From a virus, in IMG/VR virus record IMGVR_UViG_3300008116_000004: a stretch of DNA of 64,000 nucleotides. One strand, given 5' to 3'. Numbering within the stretch: the first letter of the stretch is position 1; every line of letters begins with the position of its first letter. Position numbers and translations under genes: made by a program. A model generated the notes under the pieces. That model searched no databases. It saw nothing but the letters and a program-made list of their open reading frames with translations, and was not told the DNA's origin. Positions 43,380 through 53,045 of this stretch are shown in pieces.

Positions 43380-45410
43380 TTACTTACTAGTAGCTCTGTA
43401 AACCCCATCAAAACCTTTAGGTGGTCCATCTTCCATACGCTCGAGCATCATGTCATAATAGTGCTCGAGCTTTCCATTAAAGCATGTTTTTAATTCTTTT
43501 GCAAGCTTAGACGCCCCGCCCCAATTGCCATCATAATAATAAGATAAGAATCTAAAGTGTGTCTTTTCTTGATTATTAGCCCAATCGGCTTTATCAACAA
43601 GCGTATAGATCTTCACACCTTCTTTTTTACCTTTAACCGCAATACAATCTAATTCAATAACGTTATAAGAACTCTTTACCTGATTAGCGGTTTCTGGTCC
43701 GAGGATGATCTGTACTCCATAGTTTTTTGATTGTCCTTCGAGTCTTGAGGCTAAATTAACATTATCCCCAAGGCAAGTATAATCAAAACGTTGTATACTA
43801 CCCATGTTTCCCACAACAACATTACCAGTATTGATACCCAATCCCATACCGAACGGGGGGACTCCCTCTTTGGCAATCTCATCATTAAACTCCTTCAACT
43901 TATCTAACATCTTGACTGCAGCTTCAACAGCATGTTTAGCATGCTGTGTATCATCAAGAGGTGCATTCCAAAATGCCATTTGTGCATCACCAATATACTT
44001 GTCAAGTGTTCCGTTTGACTCTAAGATAGACTGAGTCATTGCAGTCATGTAACGATTCATTATCTTAGTAAGACCTTGAACGTCTGTACCGTAATGTTCA
44101 GATATAGAAGTAAACCCGCGAACGTCAGTAAACATGATAGATAACTCTCTTGTCTCACCACCAAGTTGTAGAAGTTCTGGATTCTTCTGTAACTTCTCGA
44201 CCATTGCTGGTGATAGATATGTTCCAAATTGCTTCTTGATTTGTAACTTCTGTAGATACTCAGATATCATTTTCTGAGCAACAATCATAAAGTAAATTAG
44301 TGAACCAGCTAATAGTATATAAGAAGAATCCCAAAGCTGGTTATAAGTTGTAAACAGATAGCTTTGTGTGTATGCTACTGCAGGAAACAATATTACATAA
44401 ACTGGAACTGTCCAAAGTACAGGGAGTCTAGTAACTATTAATATGATAAGAAGACCAAGTAGTGCAAACGCTAATAGTTCTACAGTAGGTGCAATTGCAA
44501 TACGTTCTGGTGTTGTTCCAGCAAATACAGAAAGTAGTGCCTGTGCTTGTAGATCTTGAACAAATTGTTCACCATGAGGTGTGGCAACTACTGTAGAAAC
44601 TCCAGATGCAGACACACCTAGTATAACTAATTTACCTTCAACATCTTTTTGTTCTACATCTAAGAAATCTATATGCTTAAAACGGCTAGAAGGGTCAAGC
44701 CAAATACGAGCATTAGCATCAGTGTTAATAGTCTTAAACTGTGGAATGCGTACAGCCTCGATACCTGCTTCTCCAGTTTTAATTTGGAACGATGGGTCAT
44801 CTGTTAATGTTCTTATTATTTCTAAAGGAAGGGAAGGATATAGTTGATCGCCAATTCTCACTACCATTGGCATACGTCTGATAACACCATCTATTTCTGG
44901 TGTTGATGCAATAGTACCAACACCAGCAGCATTATCTGCAAATTGCTTTAACGGAGCAACAGCACCAGGCCAGCTAAAAGTATAGGGGAGAGGGTCAGCA
45001 CCAATGGCAGAAAATCCTCTCCTAACAGCATCAGGTTTTTGGGTTTGGTTGGTAGGCACCTGCGCAAGTACGATACCCCCAGATCCCACAGATTTTGCAA
45101 ATTCATTATCGTGTCCGCTCCTATCGGGTTCTGAAAACAAAATAGGGAATACTATTACACCAGCTTGATAATGACGAAGACGTTCAATCATATCAGCAAA
45201 CTCTTTACGATCAATAGGCCACTGACCCAGCTTTTCGAGAGTCTTATCAGATACGTCTACAATTACAATATCTTCGTTTGTTGTTATCTCTTTACTTCGT
45301 AACGTATAGTCAATAGACTTAAGTTCAAGAATTTGTACTGGATATGGATTCCAAACCTTAAGTGCTACTAATGCACCAAGTACAAGTAAAGAAATAAGAA
45401 GATTTTTCAT
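43380..45410 (-). CDS. CHASE2-domain class III adenylate/guanylate cyclase
   Basis: LGQWP..R, DGVIRR (CHASE2); 3 TMs; FTDVRGFT, DKYIGDA, DYTCLGDNVNLASRLEG. Confidence 0.95.
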   Translation of the reverse strand: MKNLLISLLVLGALVALKVWNPYPVQILELKSIDYTLRSKEITTNEDIVIVDVSDKTLEKLGQWPIDRKEFADMIERLRHYQAGVIVFPILFSEPDRSGHDNEFAKSVGSGGIVLAQVPTNQTQKPDAVRRGFSAIGADPLPYTFSWPGAVAPLKQFADNAAGVGTIASTPEIDGVIRRMPMVVRIGDQLYPSLPLEIIRTLTDDPSFQIKTGEAGIEAVRIPQFKTINTDANARIWLDPSSRFKHIDFLDVEQKDVEGKLVILGVSASGVSTVVATPHGEQFVQDLQAQALLSVFAGTTPERIAIAPTVELLAFALLGLLIILIVTRLPVLWTVPVYVILFPAVAYTQSYLFTTYNQLWDSSYILLAGSLIYFMIVAQKMISEYLQKLQIKKQFGTYLSPAMVEKLQKNPELLQLGGETRELSIMFTDVRGFTSISEHYGTDVQGLTKIMNRYMTAMTQSILESNGTLDKYIGDAQMAFWNAPLDDTQHAKHAVEAAVKMLDKLKEFNDEIAKEGVPPFGMGLGINTGNVVVGNMGSIQRFDYTCLGDNVNLASRLEGQSKNYGVQIILGPETANQVKSSYNVIELDCIAVKGKKEGVKIYTLVDKADWANNQEKTHFRFLSYYYDGNWGGASKLAKELKTCFNGKLEHYYDMMLERMEDGPPKGFDGVYRATSK

Positions 45411-45748
45411 TGTGTCTGGTTCACTATCAATGGATATGGATTACAAGATGATATGCCGCAGTACTGTTGTATAGAATAAGAAAGGTTAGAAGAACTATTC
45501 TGTGTAACTGAAATATTATAGTTATTAAAGTTACCATATAATTCTATATTAGAACTATGATTTCCTCCACCTTGTTGATCTATAGAAACAGTACTGTTAT
45601 TTAGGTCTGTTGCTAGAAAGTTTGATGTAGGATCTCCAATCTGAGTAGCAGTTATAGCATTACTATTGCCAGTCAGATTAATAATATTGCTTCCTGCATA
45701 ACAAGGTGTAACTATTAGTAATAGAATTAAACTAATTATTTTTTCCAT
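45407..45748 (-). CDS. Curlin-like (CsgA/CsgB-like) secreted protein
   Basis: Signal peptide; N/Q/S/G-rich repeats (TATQIG, IDQQGGGN, VTQNS). Confidence 0.65.
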   Translation of the reverse strand: MEKIISLILLLIVTPCYAGSNIINLTGNSNAITATQIGDPTSNFLATDLNNSTVSIDQQGGGNHSSNIELYGNFNNYNISVTQNSSSNLSYSIQQYCGISSCNPYPLIVNQTQ

Positions 45749-46467
45749 AGGATTACTTCCATAGTTCCGTCCATATGCTCGACAATTGCTGAGCAAGTTT
45801 CGACCCAATCCCCACAATTAAGATACGTAACTCCCATAATATCTCGTCTATTAGGATGATGAATATGCCCACAAACAATACCATCACACCCAACAGATTT
45901 TGCATAATTGCAGAGAGTTTTTTCATAATCGCCTATAAAATTTACAGCTTTTTTGACTTTATATTTAAGCCAAGAACTAATAGACCACGGCTTAAATTTT
46001 AATTTATTTCTTATTCTATTAATAAAAACATTTATCACTATGGATACATCATAAGCCCAGGATCCAAAATGAGATAACCATTTGGCGTGCTCTATAACAA
46101 CATCAAATTGATCACCATGTATGACAAGATACTTCTTACCATCTACTCCTATATGATAATCTTTATCTATTAATTTTATATTACCAAATTCATGATCGCC
46201 AAAACTTCTTAAAAATTCATCATGGTTACCAGGTATGTAAATTACTTCTGTACCTTTACGAGCCATTCTCATTAACTTCTGAATAACATCGTTATGAGTC
46301 TGAGGCCAATAAAAAGATTTATATAATGCCCAACCATCAATAATATCACCTACTAAGTATAATTTTTCACATTCAAATGTTTTAATAAATTCTAAAACTT
46401 GATTAGCTTGCGACATCTTAGTGCCAAGATGAATATCAGATATAAAAACTGTTTTATACTTGTTCAT
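45736..46467 (-). CDS. Calcineurin-like metallophosphoesterase (LpxH/YbbF-like)
   Basis: SDIHLG, VGDIID, GNHD, HGD, GHIH, NCGDW. Confidence 0.85.
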   Translation of the reverse strand: MNKYKTVFISDIHLGTKMSQANQVLEFIKTFECEKLYLVGDIIDGWALYKSFYWPQTHNDVIQKLMRMARKGTEVIYIPGNHDEFLRSFGDHEFGNIKLIDKDYHIGVDGKKYLVIHGDQFDVVIEHAKWLSHFGSWAYDVSIVINVFINRIRNKLKFKPWSISSWLKYKVKKAVNFIGDYEKTLCNYAKSVGCDGIVCGHIHHPNRRDIMGVTYLNCGDWVETCSAIVEHMDGTMEVILWKK

Positions 46468-47585
46468 AGTGATTGCTTTATTGTTATAGTTGTTGAACCA
46501 GCATTGTTTACAACTTGTTTAATTGATATGTTATCTTGAGTTAATTCGTAAGTTGTTGTATGAGTATCTGCCACGTTCAGTTCAGCATAATGATTGACAT
46601 CTTCTCTGTATAATACTACATTGTTCATATCATCTACAAAATATTTAAGTCCTGCACCTTTATTATATCTATTATAGTTTGGAAGTAGTGAGTTAAACTC
46701 TTCTAATTCACTTTGTAAGAATTGTGAACTTTGTGCATCTAAAACATTAAGCATAAAATCTTGATCTAAGAAATTAATATCTAATCTGTTGTTAATAAGA
46801 TAATCTTTGTTCAATTCGTCATAAGCTAGAAAATCTACATTGAGGAAATCTTGATCAAGAAAGCTTTTAGTGGTTGTCATTTCATCTTGAGCTTTTTTAA
46901 TTTCTCTTGGTGGTGTGACAATGAGAATATTATTAATTTGATTCTCGCTCAATTCTAGTATCACAGGTTTAGTAGGAAGTTTACCTCTTGTATCCACTGA
47001 TGTAGCTTGGAATGGTTTAGTCAACCATACTTCACCAGCATCAGTCATAACAACTATTTGTCCTGTGATGCAATCTTTTTCAATGTCTCTGAAGCCGACA
47101 GGGCAAGAAGGTAAAAGAATAATAGTACTGCGACCAATCTCGTCAACAGTAGATGTAAAATCTGTACCTCTGACACCAATCGTAGCAGACGGCGTTTCAA
47201 CCTTAACTTGTTGTGGATCATTCTTTGCAATCTGTCCTGATGTATACTTGACTGTTCCTAAAGCAATCTTAACAGCTAGCTTACCTGCACCTTTGTTAGG
47301 ATCATACACGAAGTTATCTATCACGAGTTTGCTTTGCTCGGTGATATGAACTTGTGTTTGATCCTCAAAAGTAATACCTGCCTTCGCATTAGCAGTAGTG
47401 ACAGTATCATCCATTTCTACTTTAGTACTAAGCTCGGAAGGTATTACTTCTTTGTTTCGCTTTATTTCTGTTGGACCAGTCTGTTCTGTAACAGTACCTA
47501 TTGCAGCATTAGTAGTTGCTGTTAATAGACATAGTGTTGCCAGAGCCAGTAATAGTCGCTGTAACGCTGCTATCAATTCCACCAC
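46464..47585 (-). CDS. FecR-domain periplasmic protein with curlin-like C-terminal tail
   Basis: AIG.V...G, F.DQT...TEQSKL.ID, VETPSATIGVRGTDF; tail LTQDNISIKQVVNNAGSTTITIKQS. Confidence 0.8.
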   Translation of the reverse strand: MVELIAALQRLLLALATLCLLTATTNAAIGTVTEQTGPTEIKRNKEVIPSELSTKVEMDDTVTTANAKAGITFEDQTQVHITEQSKLVIDNFVYDPNKGAGKLAVKIALGTVKYTSGQIAKNDPQQVKVETPSATIGVRGTDFTSTVDEIGRSTIILLPSCPVGFRDIEKDCITGQIVVMTDAGEVWLTKPFQATSVDTRGKLPTKPVILELSENQINNILIVTPPREIKKAQDEMTTTKSFLDQDFLNVDFLAYDELNKDYLINNRLDINFLDQDFMLNVLDAQSSQFLQSELEEFNSLLPNYNRYNKGAGLKYFVDDMNNVVLYREDVNHYAELNVADTHTTTYELTQDNISIKQVVNNAGSTTITIKQSL

Positions 47586-48183
47586 CTTGATCGATGTTTA
47601 CTGTATTTGTTGCACCTACTATAGTTAAATTAGCATTATGTCCACTAGTACTAGCAGCACCAGTTTGTCTTATTTGAACAGTGTTACCGTTACCACCAGA
47701 AATGTCAACTGCTGATTGTGCACCTGATATTGCAGTTGAATCATTGTTGATAGTTACATCATTATTATCTGAATTAATATCGATAGTAGATGTACTTGAA
47801 GATGTATCAAAATTGCGACTAATTATATTACCATTACCGTAAACTGTATCTGTCATAGTAATCATAGAACAAGTAACACACAGTAAACTTAAATCATTAA
47901 AGTTACCTGTAAATGTGTGAGTCAATGTGTTACCGTTACCGTCTACTGAGTAGGCAGCTGTATTGTTATTACCTATCTGATCTATCGTTATGGCATTAGA
48001 GTTGCCATTTATTATCGCGTGATTTGTTGCATCACCAATGCTGTTACCAAGTCCAGTTTGTGTAAAATTAATTGTTGAACTGCTACCAATCTGATCAACT
48101 ATAATACTGTTACTCGCAGCATATGCATATTGAACCATAACAAAGAATGACAAAATCATTGCCAATCTTGTTATTAGTTTCAT
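47509..48183 (-). CDS. Curlin-repeat protein (CsgA/CsgB-like)
   Basis: Signal peptide; repeats VDQIG, FTQTG.GN, IDQIGNNN, IRQTG, IDQGG. Confidence 0.8.
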   Translation of the reverse strand: MKLITRLAMILSFFVMVQYAYAASNSIIVDQIGSSSTINFTQTGLGNSIGDATNHAIINGNSNAITIDQIGNNNTAAYSVDGNGNTLTHTFTGNFNDLSLLCVTCSMITMTDTVYGNGNIISRNFDTSSSTSTIDINSDNNDVTINNDSTAISGAQSAVDISGGNGNTVQIRQTGAASTSGHNANLTIVGATNTVNIDQGGGIDSSVTATITGSGNTMSINSNY

Positions 48184-48186
48184 TCC

Positions 48187-48987
48187 TTACCTCTTTTCTG
48201 ACCTATGTTTCCATAATTGTTTTCTCATACCCTCACGGACCATCTGTACTACTGCTTCTTCTATTGCAACTCGAACTGCATATGTTGTAGGCTCATTGAT
48301 ATTATTACCAGCCTCAAACTCCACAGTAGTAGTATTCTGGTCTACAAACTTTAACAAATTTCCATTAGTACCTGTGCTAAGAATAGTCTTAGATACTCCC
48401 GTTGATAATAATATCTCACCAGTATTAATGGAAACTAATCTCAATACTACAGTCACTTCATCTTTACGGTATTGCTGTGATGCACCTATTCCTAATAAAC
48501 GTGCACCAGCACCTCCAGATGAAACATTACTATCATAACCTACCACACCACCTTCGATCATAATACCTGCAACGATTAAAGGTTGTAGTGGCTTTGCTTC
48601 TTTACCTTCGTATACTTCTCTCTGACTCTTAATTAGTTGTCTCTCTTTAACTAGGTTATCTAAATTAACTCTCTCAACAACTTTAAACCAAGTCCCACCT
48701 CCAGCATCCTGGAGAGCCTTTATCATAAACACTTCTGAACCTTGCGATACAGCTGTGCTAAGATCAGCAAAGCGATCATTAGGTTTTCTTTGTCCGGTCA
48801 AATCACCAAACTTGTAAACAGCAACTGGGATAGGATCACTATCAGGTGGCTGTAAATTTACTAAATCATTCTGACGCTTTTTGTAGATAGGAGTAGGCAT
48901 TTCTGTCTTTAATTCGTCCCTATAATCTCTAGGCACAGAATTGCATCCTACTAGTAAAAGCGATGCTAAAATTATAATATATTTCAT
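48187..48987 (-). CDS. csgG: Curli secretion channel lipoprotein CsgG
   Basis: LVGC lipobox; VAVYKF.DLTGQRKP, STAVSQG, WFKVVER, EGGVVGYD. Confidence 0.92.
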   Translation of the reverse strand: MKYIIILASLLLVGCNSVPRDYRDELKTEMPTPIYKKRQNDLVNLQPPDSDPIPVAVYKFGDLTGQRKPNDRFADLSTAVSQGSEVFMIKALQDAGGGTWFKVVERVNLDNLVKERQLIKSQREVYEGKEAKPLQPLIVAGIMIEGGVVGYDSNVSSGGAGARLLGIGASQQYRKDEVTVVLRLVSINTGEILLSTGVSKTILSTGTNGNLLKFVDQNTTTVEFEAGNNINEPTTYAVRVAIEEAVVQMVREGMRKQLWKHRSEKR

Positions 48988-49421
48988 ATTGCAAGACTTC
49001 CCAAAGGAACAGTTATGTCAGTTGTCAAACCACCAGCGTCAGTTATTATTAAATGTATACCATCTGCAGTTGATTCCCAGAATATATTAGAACCAGCAAC
49101 ATCAAAAGACCCTGTTGTTAATCCTTGATCTGAAAATAACTGCTCAGCAATTTTCTGAGATATAGTAGCGTATATTCTACTCTCTAAGTTATTAAGAAAC
49201 TTAGCTAGATTAGTATTTTTAGCATCTGCAGCAGCTTTCGCTTCTGCAGCTTTTTTATCCTCTATAATCTTCATCTTACGAGTGTACTCTTGATTTTCTA
49301 TCGTAAGAACATGCGAAGACCACCCTTCACCAGAGAATGAAGGGTTATTAAACTTGAACACCATCTCAGAAGCTGAGGCTGGAGTTATTATCAAAAAACC
49401 TGCTAAAACGTATCTAATCAT
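48984..49421 (-). CDS. csgF: Curli assembly component CsgF
   Basis: Signal peptide then SEMVFKFNNPSFSG; FLNNLESRI; adjacent to csgG. Confidence 0.85.
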   Translation of the reverse strand: MIRYVLAGFLIITPASASEMVFKFNNPSFSGEGWSSHVLTIENQEYTRKMKIIEDKKAAEAKAAADAKNTNLAKFLNNLESRIYATISQKIAEQLFSDQGLTTGSFDVAGSNIFWESTADGIHLIITDAGGLTTDITVPLGSLAI

Positions 49422-49435
49422 AAATACCTCCGTGA

Positions 49436-49443
49436 TATTTATA
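49436..49443 (-). promoter_or_regulatory. T4-type late promoter for the csgF-csgG-curlin-FecR-cyclase operon
   Basis: Perfect TATAAATA 15 nt upstream of the csgF ATG, with GGAGGT RBS between. Confidence 0.75.
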
Positions 49444-49490
49444 AATTTCAATATGAAAATTTAATGAATTTAATTGATGGAGATATTATA

Positions 49491-49772
49491 ATGGCTAAAT
49501 TAGATGAATTAACTGCAAAAGATGTATCAGAGGCTCGTTCACTTCACTCAGAATTAGTAAAGAAGGGTGATGCAACTGCAAGCCATTTTATTTACTGGTA
49601 TAGTTGGTTTTGGGCTATAAGCTCCACTGTTTACTTTTTTTGTGTAACTTTTGTACAGTTACCTGAGGGTGGTAGAGATTTTGCAAATATTATTTTAGGA
49701 TTCTTGCTTGGTACTGCGGTAGCTACCATCATAGGATTTTTCTATGGTAATAGCGAAAAAGGAGGCTCTTAA
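49491..49772 (+). CDS. Two-TM membrane protein (holin-like)
   Basis: Two TMs; ILGFLLGT...IGFFYGNS. Confidence 0.55.
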   Translation: MAKLDELTAKDVSEARSLHSELVKKGDATASHFIYWYSWFWAISSTVYFFCVTFVQLPEGGRDFANIILGFLLGTAVATIIGFFYGNSEKGGS

Positions 49773-50089
49773 TGAGTACTAAAACTTTAGAAAAAGGTTC
49801 CAAGTATAATCAATTTGACGTTGATGGTGATGGAACAGTTACTGATGACGAAATGACTAAAGCACAAGCTATGATCGATGCTGAAAATAAAGACAAAAAA
49901 GAAGACCAGCTTCGTTCCATGGCATGGGTTGCAATGGGAAGCATGGTCTTCTTTACTTTAGCTTTATTTACACCACTTGTTAGCATAGAGAGACTTGGTG
50001 CATTAGATAATCTATTACAGATGTTCTATATTGCACAAGCTGGTGTAGTTGCTACATTCTTTGGTGCTAATGCCTATATGAGCAAGTAA
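49772..50089 (+). CDS. EF-hand-like, two-TM membrane protein
   Basis: DVDGDGTVTDDE loop; C-terminal TMs. Confidence 0.6.
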   Translation: MSTKTLEKGSKYNQFDVDGDGTVTDDEMTKAQAMIDAENKDKKEDQLRSMAWVAMGSMVFFTLALFTPLVSIERLGALDNLLQMFYIAQAGVVATFFGANAYMSK

Positions 50090-50413
50090 TCAAAGATTAC
50101 CTGGTTTAGACATCATATCAATCCCTGATTTCTTATCGTCAGATGTAACAATATAATTGACGGGAGTAATCAGGGATTTCTTTTTCTCAATATCCCATTC
50201 TTTTAGATAATCATTTTCCTTATCAAAAAGAACTAGATAATCATCTTCTGTAATCTCAGAAACACGAGAGATTGTTTCACCAAGCCATTCTTGGCTAAAC
50301 TCTTTTGCTTCTTCCATTGTTACTGTATCTTTAGCATCTTCTTCGTTTTCACAACGAACAACATATGATGTACGATATGAAGATACTGCGTCAACTAGAA
50401 ACAGTTTCATCAC
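50090..50413 (-). CDS. Hypothetical protein
   Basis: ORF track. Confidence 0.6.
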   Translation of the reverse strand: MMKLFLVDAVSSYRTSYVVRCENEEDAKDTVTMEEAKEFSQEWLGETISRVSEITEDDYLVLFDKENDYLKEWDIEKKKSLITPVNYIVTSDDKKSGIDMMSKPGNL

Positions 50414-50610
50414 ACACCATACTTTTTAGCAATGTTATGAATTGTTTTAGCTGCTTCATAATCTGAAACTGTATGGTGAAACCACCCTACAAAAGAACAA
50501 CCACCAATCAATGCTAATGTGTAATCATGGTTAACCATACCATAGATAAATGATATAAAACTAATAAGTGTTACAACTAAAGAACATAAAAACTGTACTT
50601 TGAACATCAC
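50410..50610 (-). CDS. Small membrane protein
   Basis: Two hydrophobic segments. Confidence 0.5.
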   Translation of the reverse strand: MMFKVQFLCSLVVTLISFISFIYGMVNHDYTLALIGGCSFVGWFHHTVSDYEAAKTIHNIAKKYGV

Positions 50611-50801
50611 GCGGCCCTCACTTTAAAATTGTGAAATTTACCATCACGGTTTAGTTTAGAGACTGCATCGATCCAAGACTTAGCTTCTTTTTCAGATGTA
50701 AAATGAATCTTATCCGTGACTGTAAGACCATTTAGAACACCTTTAGCAAGAGTCTTTTCGAATTCAACAATGTACTTGTATTGACCTGGGTATACTGACA
50801 T
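50607..50801 (-). CDS. Hypothetical protein
   Basis: GGAGG RBS. Confidence 0.55.
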   Translation of the reverse strand: MSVYPGQYKYIVEFEKTLAKGVLNGLTVTDKIHFTSEKEAKSWIDAVSKLNRDGKFHNFKVRAA

Positions 50802-50846
50802 GTTAGCCTCCATTACTGTATATATTATATATTAGCATAGTTTCAT

Positions 50847-50878
50847 AAAAAAAGCCACTAGTTTTTACACTAGTGGCT
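50847..50878 (-). terminator. Terminator after tRNA-Ile2
   Basis: AGCCACTAGT/ACTAGTGGCT stem followed by a T-run. Confidence 0.8.
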
Positions 50879-50883
50879 AATTT

Positions 50884-50959
50884 TGGTAGACGAGGAGGGA
50901 TTCGAACCCCCGATAAGACCGTTATGAGCGGCCGGCCTTGACCACTTGGCGACTCGTCT
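50884..50959 (-). tRNA. tRNA(CAU), probably Ile2 (lysidine-modified)
   Basis: GGCCG-CTCATAA-CGGTC arm resembling bacterial tRNA-Ile2; third CAU tRNA in the window. Confidence 0.75.
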
Positions 50960-51155
50960 AGAAAGGTATATCATACGTTTCACCTAATGCAATTTGTATT
51001 TCGGTAAAACGTATCATATCTTTTAATTTAGCTATTTTTTCTTGATTTTCTTCCCATACAGCATCAGAAAGTTGTTTTTTATATTCCTTCAGCTGTACAG
51101 CAAGAAGAGGAAACGTAAAGTATGTTACTTCCGTTTCATGGACTAGAGCACTCAT
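50958..51155 (-). CDS. Hypothetical protein
   Basis: ORF track. Confidence 0.5.
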   Translation of the reverse strand: MSALVHETEVTYFTFPLLAVQLKEYKKQLSDAVWEENQEKIAKLKDMIRFTEIQIALGETYDIPF

Positions 51156-51244
51156 TTCTTCTTACGATTATTCCGTGCTTTTCGTTTTTTAGAACCTACT
51201 TTACGGCGCCCTTTACGAGGACGATTCTTATGAGGGTGTGCCAT
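51152..51244 (-). CDS. 30-aa very basic peptide; absent from ORF track
   Basis: MAHPHKNRPRKGRRKVGSKKRKARNNRKKK; AGGAG RBS; ATGA overlap with the next gene. Confidence 0.65.
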   Translation of the reverse strand: MAHPHKNRPRKGRRKVGSKKRKARNNRKKK

Positions 51245-51253
51245 TATTTACTC

Positions 51254-51694
51254 CTAAAAGTTACCAGGTTGAACCTGTAATACTCTAATACCTTCTTCAC
51301 GCATAGCATCTACTACACGATTACGATCATCAAACCATAAAAAAGGTTCACCCCATTCATCTCGAATTTGTTCAAGCAATTCTTTCTTGACGATACCATC
51401 ATCTCGATAGTCATTAGCTTTTCTCATAAACAAATCGTCGAAATATACATTATATTTAATCAACCAATCTAATGTATCTTTACGACTTGTTTCATCTCGA
51501 GCAGAACAAAGTACTACTGAACCATAGCTTTTAAAGCACTGAGTCAACCAGATGATATCTTCATGAGGAGTATCTTGTGGAAGTAAAGCTTTAAATGTAG
51601 TCCAATCTTTAGGTGATTTACGAATGTATTGTAGACGGTGATCGAGATTACTTAACGTACCGTCAATATCAAACACAAACACTTTATTATTCAT
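51254..51694 (-). CDS. HAD phosphatase (PseT/PNK 3'-phosphatase-like)
   Basis: FDIDGTL, CSAR, LFMRK..DYRDD.IVK, FDDR. Confidence 0.85.
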   Translation of the reverse strand: MNNKVFVFDIDGTLSNLDHRLQYIRKSPKDWTTFKALLPQDTPHEDIIWLTQCFKSYGSVVLCSARDETSRKDTLDWLIKYNVYFDDLFMRKANDYRDDGIVKKELLEQIRDEWGEPFLWFDDRNRVVDAMREEGIRVLQVQPGNF

Positions 51695-51852
51695 TAATCA
51701 CCTTGTAAGCATTTCTGCCAAAATAATACCGAAAATCATACCTGTAAGAAACTGCAGCAGATATAGCGCAATTTCCATTTTAGTTTCTTTTGTCATGTTT
51801 TTTCCTTTCATCATATTATAATAATAGGATATTATGAGAAAAAAATCAACTC

Positions 51853-52077
51853 TTATTTTTCTGGAGCAAACCTATAATAAATGTCAGCTACTTTACGGAT
51901 ATCGTCATTGGTACGTTCGTAACATTCTTTATCCATAATAGCAGCAACGATAAGATGAACATCGTTCTCACTATAATACTTACGAAGAACCTCTTTAAAC
52001 CTATCCCAGAAATTTACTGGAATGTTAATAACTGGTTTCGTAATATTATTCTTTTTAAACTCTAGAACCGTTCCCAT
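51853..52077 (-). CDS. Hypothetical protein
   Basis: ORF track. Confidence 0.5.
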   Translation of the reverse strand: MGTVLEFKKNNITKPVINIPVNFWDRFKEVLRKYYSENDVHLIVAAIMDKECYERTNDDIRKVADIYYRFAPEK

Positions 52078-52345
52078 CACCAAGAATCCTTTCAGCGTCT
52101 GCAACTGCTTGCTTTGCTAACATAAGATACAATTCTGATTCAATCATTAATGGTTTTGATGCGATATGATACACTGCATCTTCAAGAGGATTCCCCTCAT
52201 TTACTTTTTGAATCGCTTGATGAGCCATTGCACGAACAAACTCATCATTTGACTCTTGTTTGATACGAAGTAAAATATCAACAAGATACTGAGTCATTGA
52301 TCCAGGTGGTCCACCACGATCAGTTAAGAGTCTACGTTTGTTCAT
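52055..52345 (-). CDS. Hypothetical protein
   Basis: ORF track. Confidence 0.5.
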   Translation of the reverse strand: MNKRRLLTDRGGPPGSMTQYLVDILLRIKQESNDEFVRAMAHQAIQKVNEGNPLEDAVYHIASKPLMIESELYLMLAKQAVADAERILGDGNGSRV

Positions 52346-52584
52346 TATTCCATTCCAATAGCTGACATATAGAGTTCGAGAAGAGCTTCTTCTTCTTGAC
52401 GTTCTTCTTTTGACTTACGACGAATAGAAACGAGCTTGCGAATGATCTTGGGATCATACCCTGTTGATTTTACTTCAAGATAGACACTCTTGATATCTTC
52501 AGAGATAGCTCTCTTTTCTTCTTCAAGTTTTTCGATGCGGTTAATATACTGCATCACTTCATCTTTATTTGGTCCATTGCTCAT
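52345..52584 (-). CDS. gapR: GapR-like nucleoid-associated protein (DUF2312)
   Basis: YINRIEKLEEEKRAISEDIKSVYLEVKSTGYDPKIIRKLVSIRR...LELYMSAIGM. Confidence 0.9.
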   Translation of the reverse strand: MSNGPNKDEVMQYINRIEKLEEEKRAISEDIKSVYLEVKSTGYDPKIIRKLVSIRRKSKEERQEEEALLELYMSAIGME

Positions 52585-52814
52585 TGCATCATTTCCTTCG
52601 GTGGTGTAAACGGTCTTACACTATCTTTTGACTCGGCAACTGCTTCCATCATAGTATTAAATTCTTCTGGAGGCAACACTGTTTTATACAGTGACATAGT
52701 TAAGGATAGCATAGCAGCTCCAACTACAATAGGATCATAGCGGTCTAGTATATCATTCATAAAAGATAATACTTCTGTATATGCTAACTTTAAGTCCTGA
52801 TCTGAGCTATTCAT
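52581..52814 (-). CDS. Hypothetical protein
   Basis: ORF track. Confidence 0.55.
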   Translation of the reverse strand: MNSSDQDLKLAYTEVLSFMNDILDRYDPIVVGAAMLSLTMSLYKTVLPPEEFNTMMEAVAESKDSVRPFTPPKEMMQ

Positions 52815-53019
52815 TTTCTTTAACCAGTTTTAAAGAATCGCTAGGATCAATTACATATCCTATGACTGTAAGAAAATCTCTAAATTTTTCTAACACTGCA
52901 TTTACATGTACATCAGTAGCATCAAACTCAATTGTACCTGTAGTATCTGGGAACAACTCATCATGATGTCCTGATGATTCTACTTTGAGTGTTACTTTAA
53001 CTTGATATTGTTTTTCCAT
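52807..53019 (-). CDS. Hypothetical protein
   Basis: GGAG RBS; FLTVIGY motif. Confidence 0.55.
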   Translation of the reverse strand: MEKQYQVKVTLKVESSGHHDELFPDTTGTIEFDATDVHVNAVLEKFRDFLTVIGYVIDPSDSLKLVKENE

Positions 53020-53045
53020 CTTTATCTCCAAAGAAGGGAGACGGC

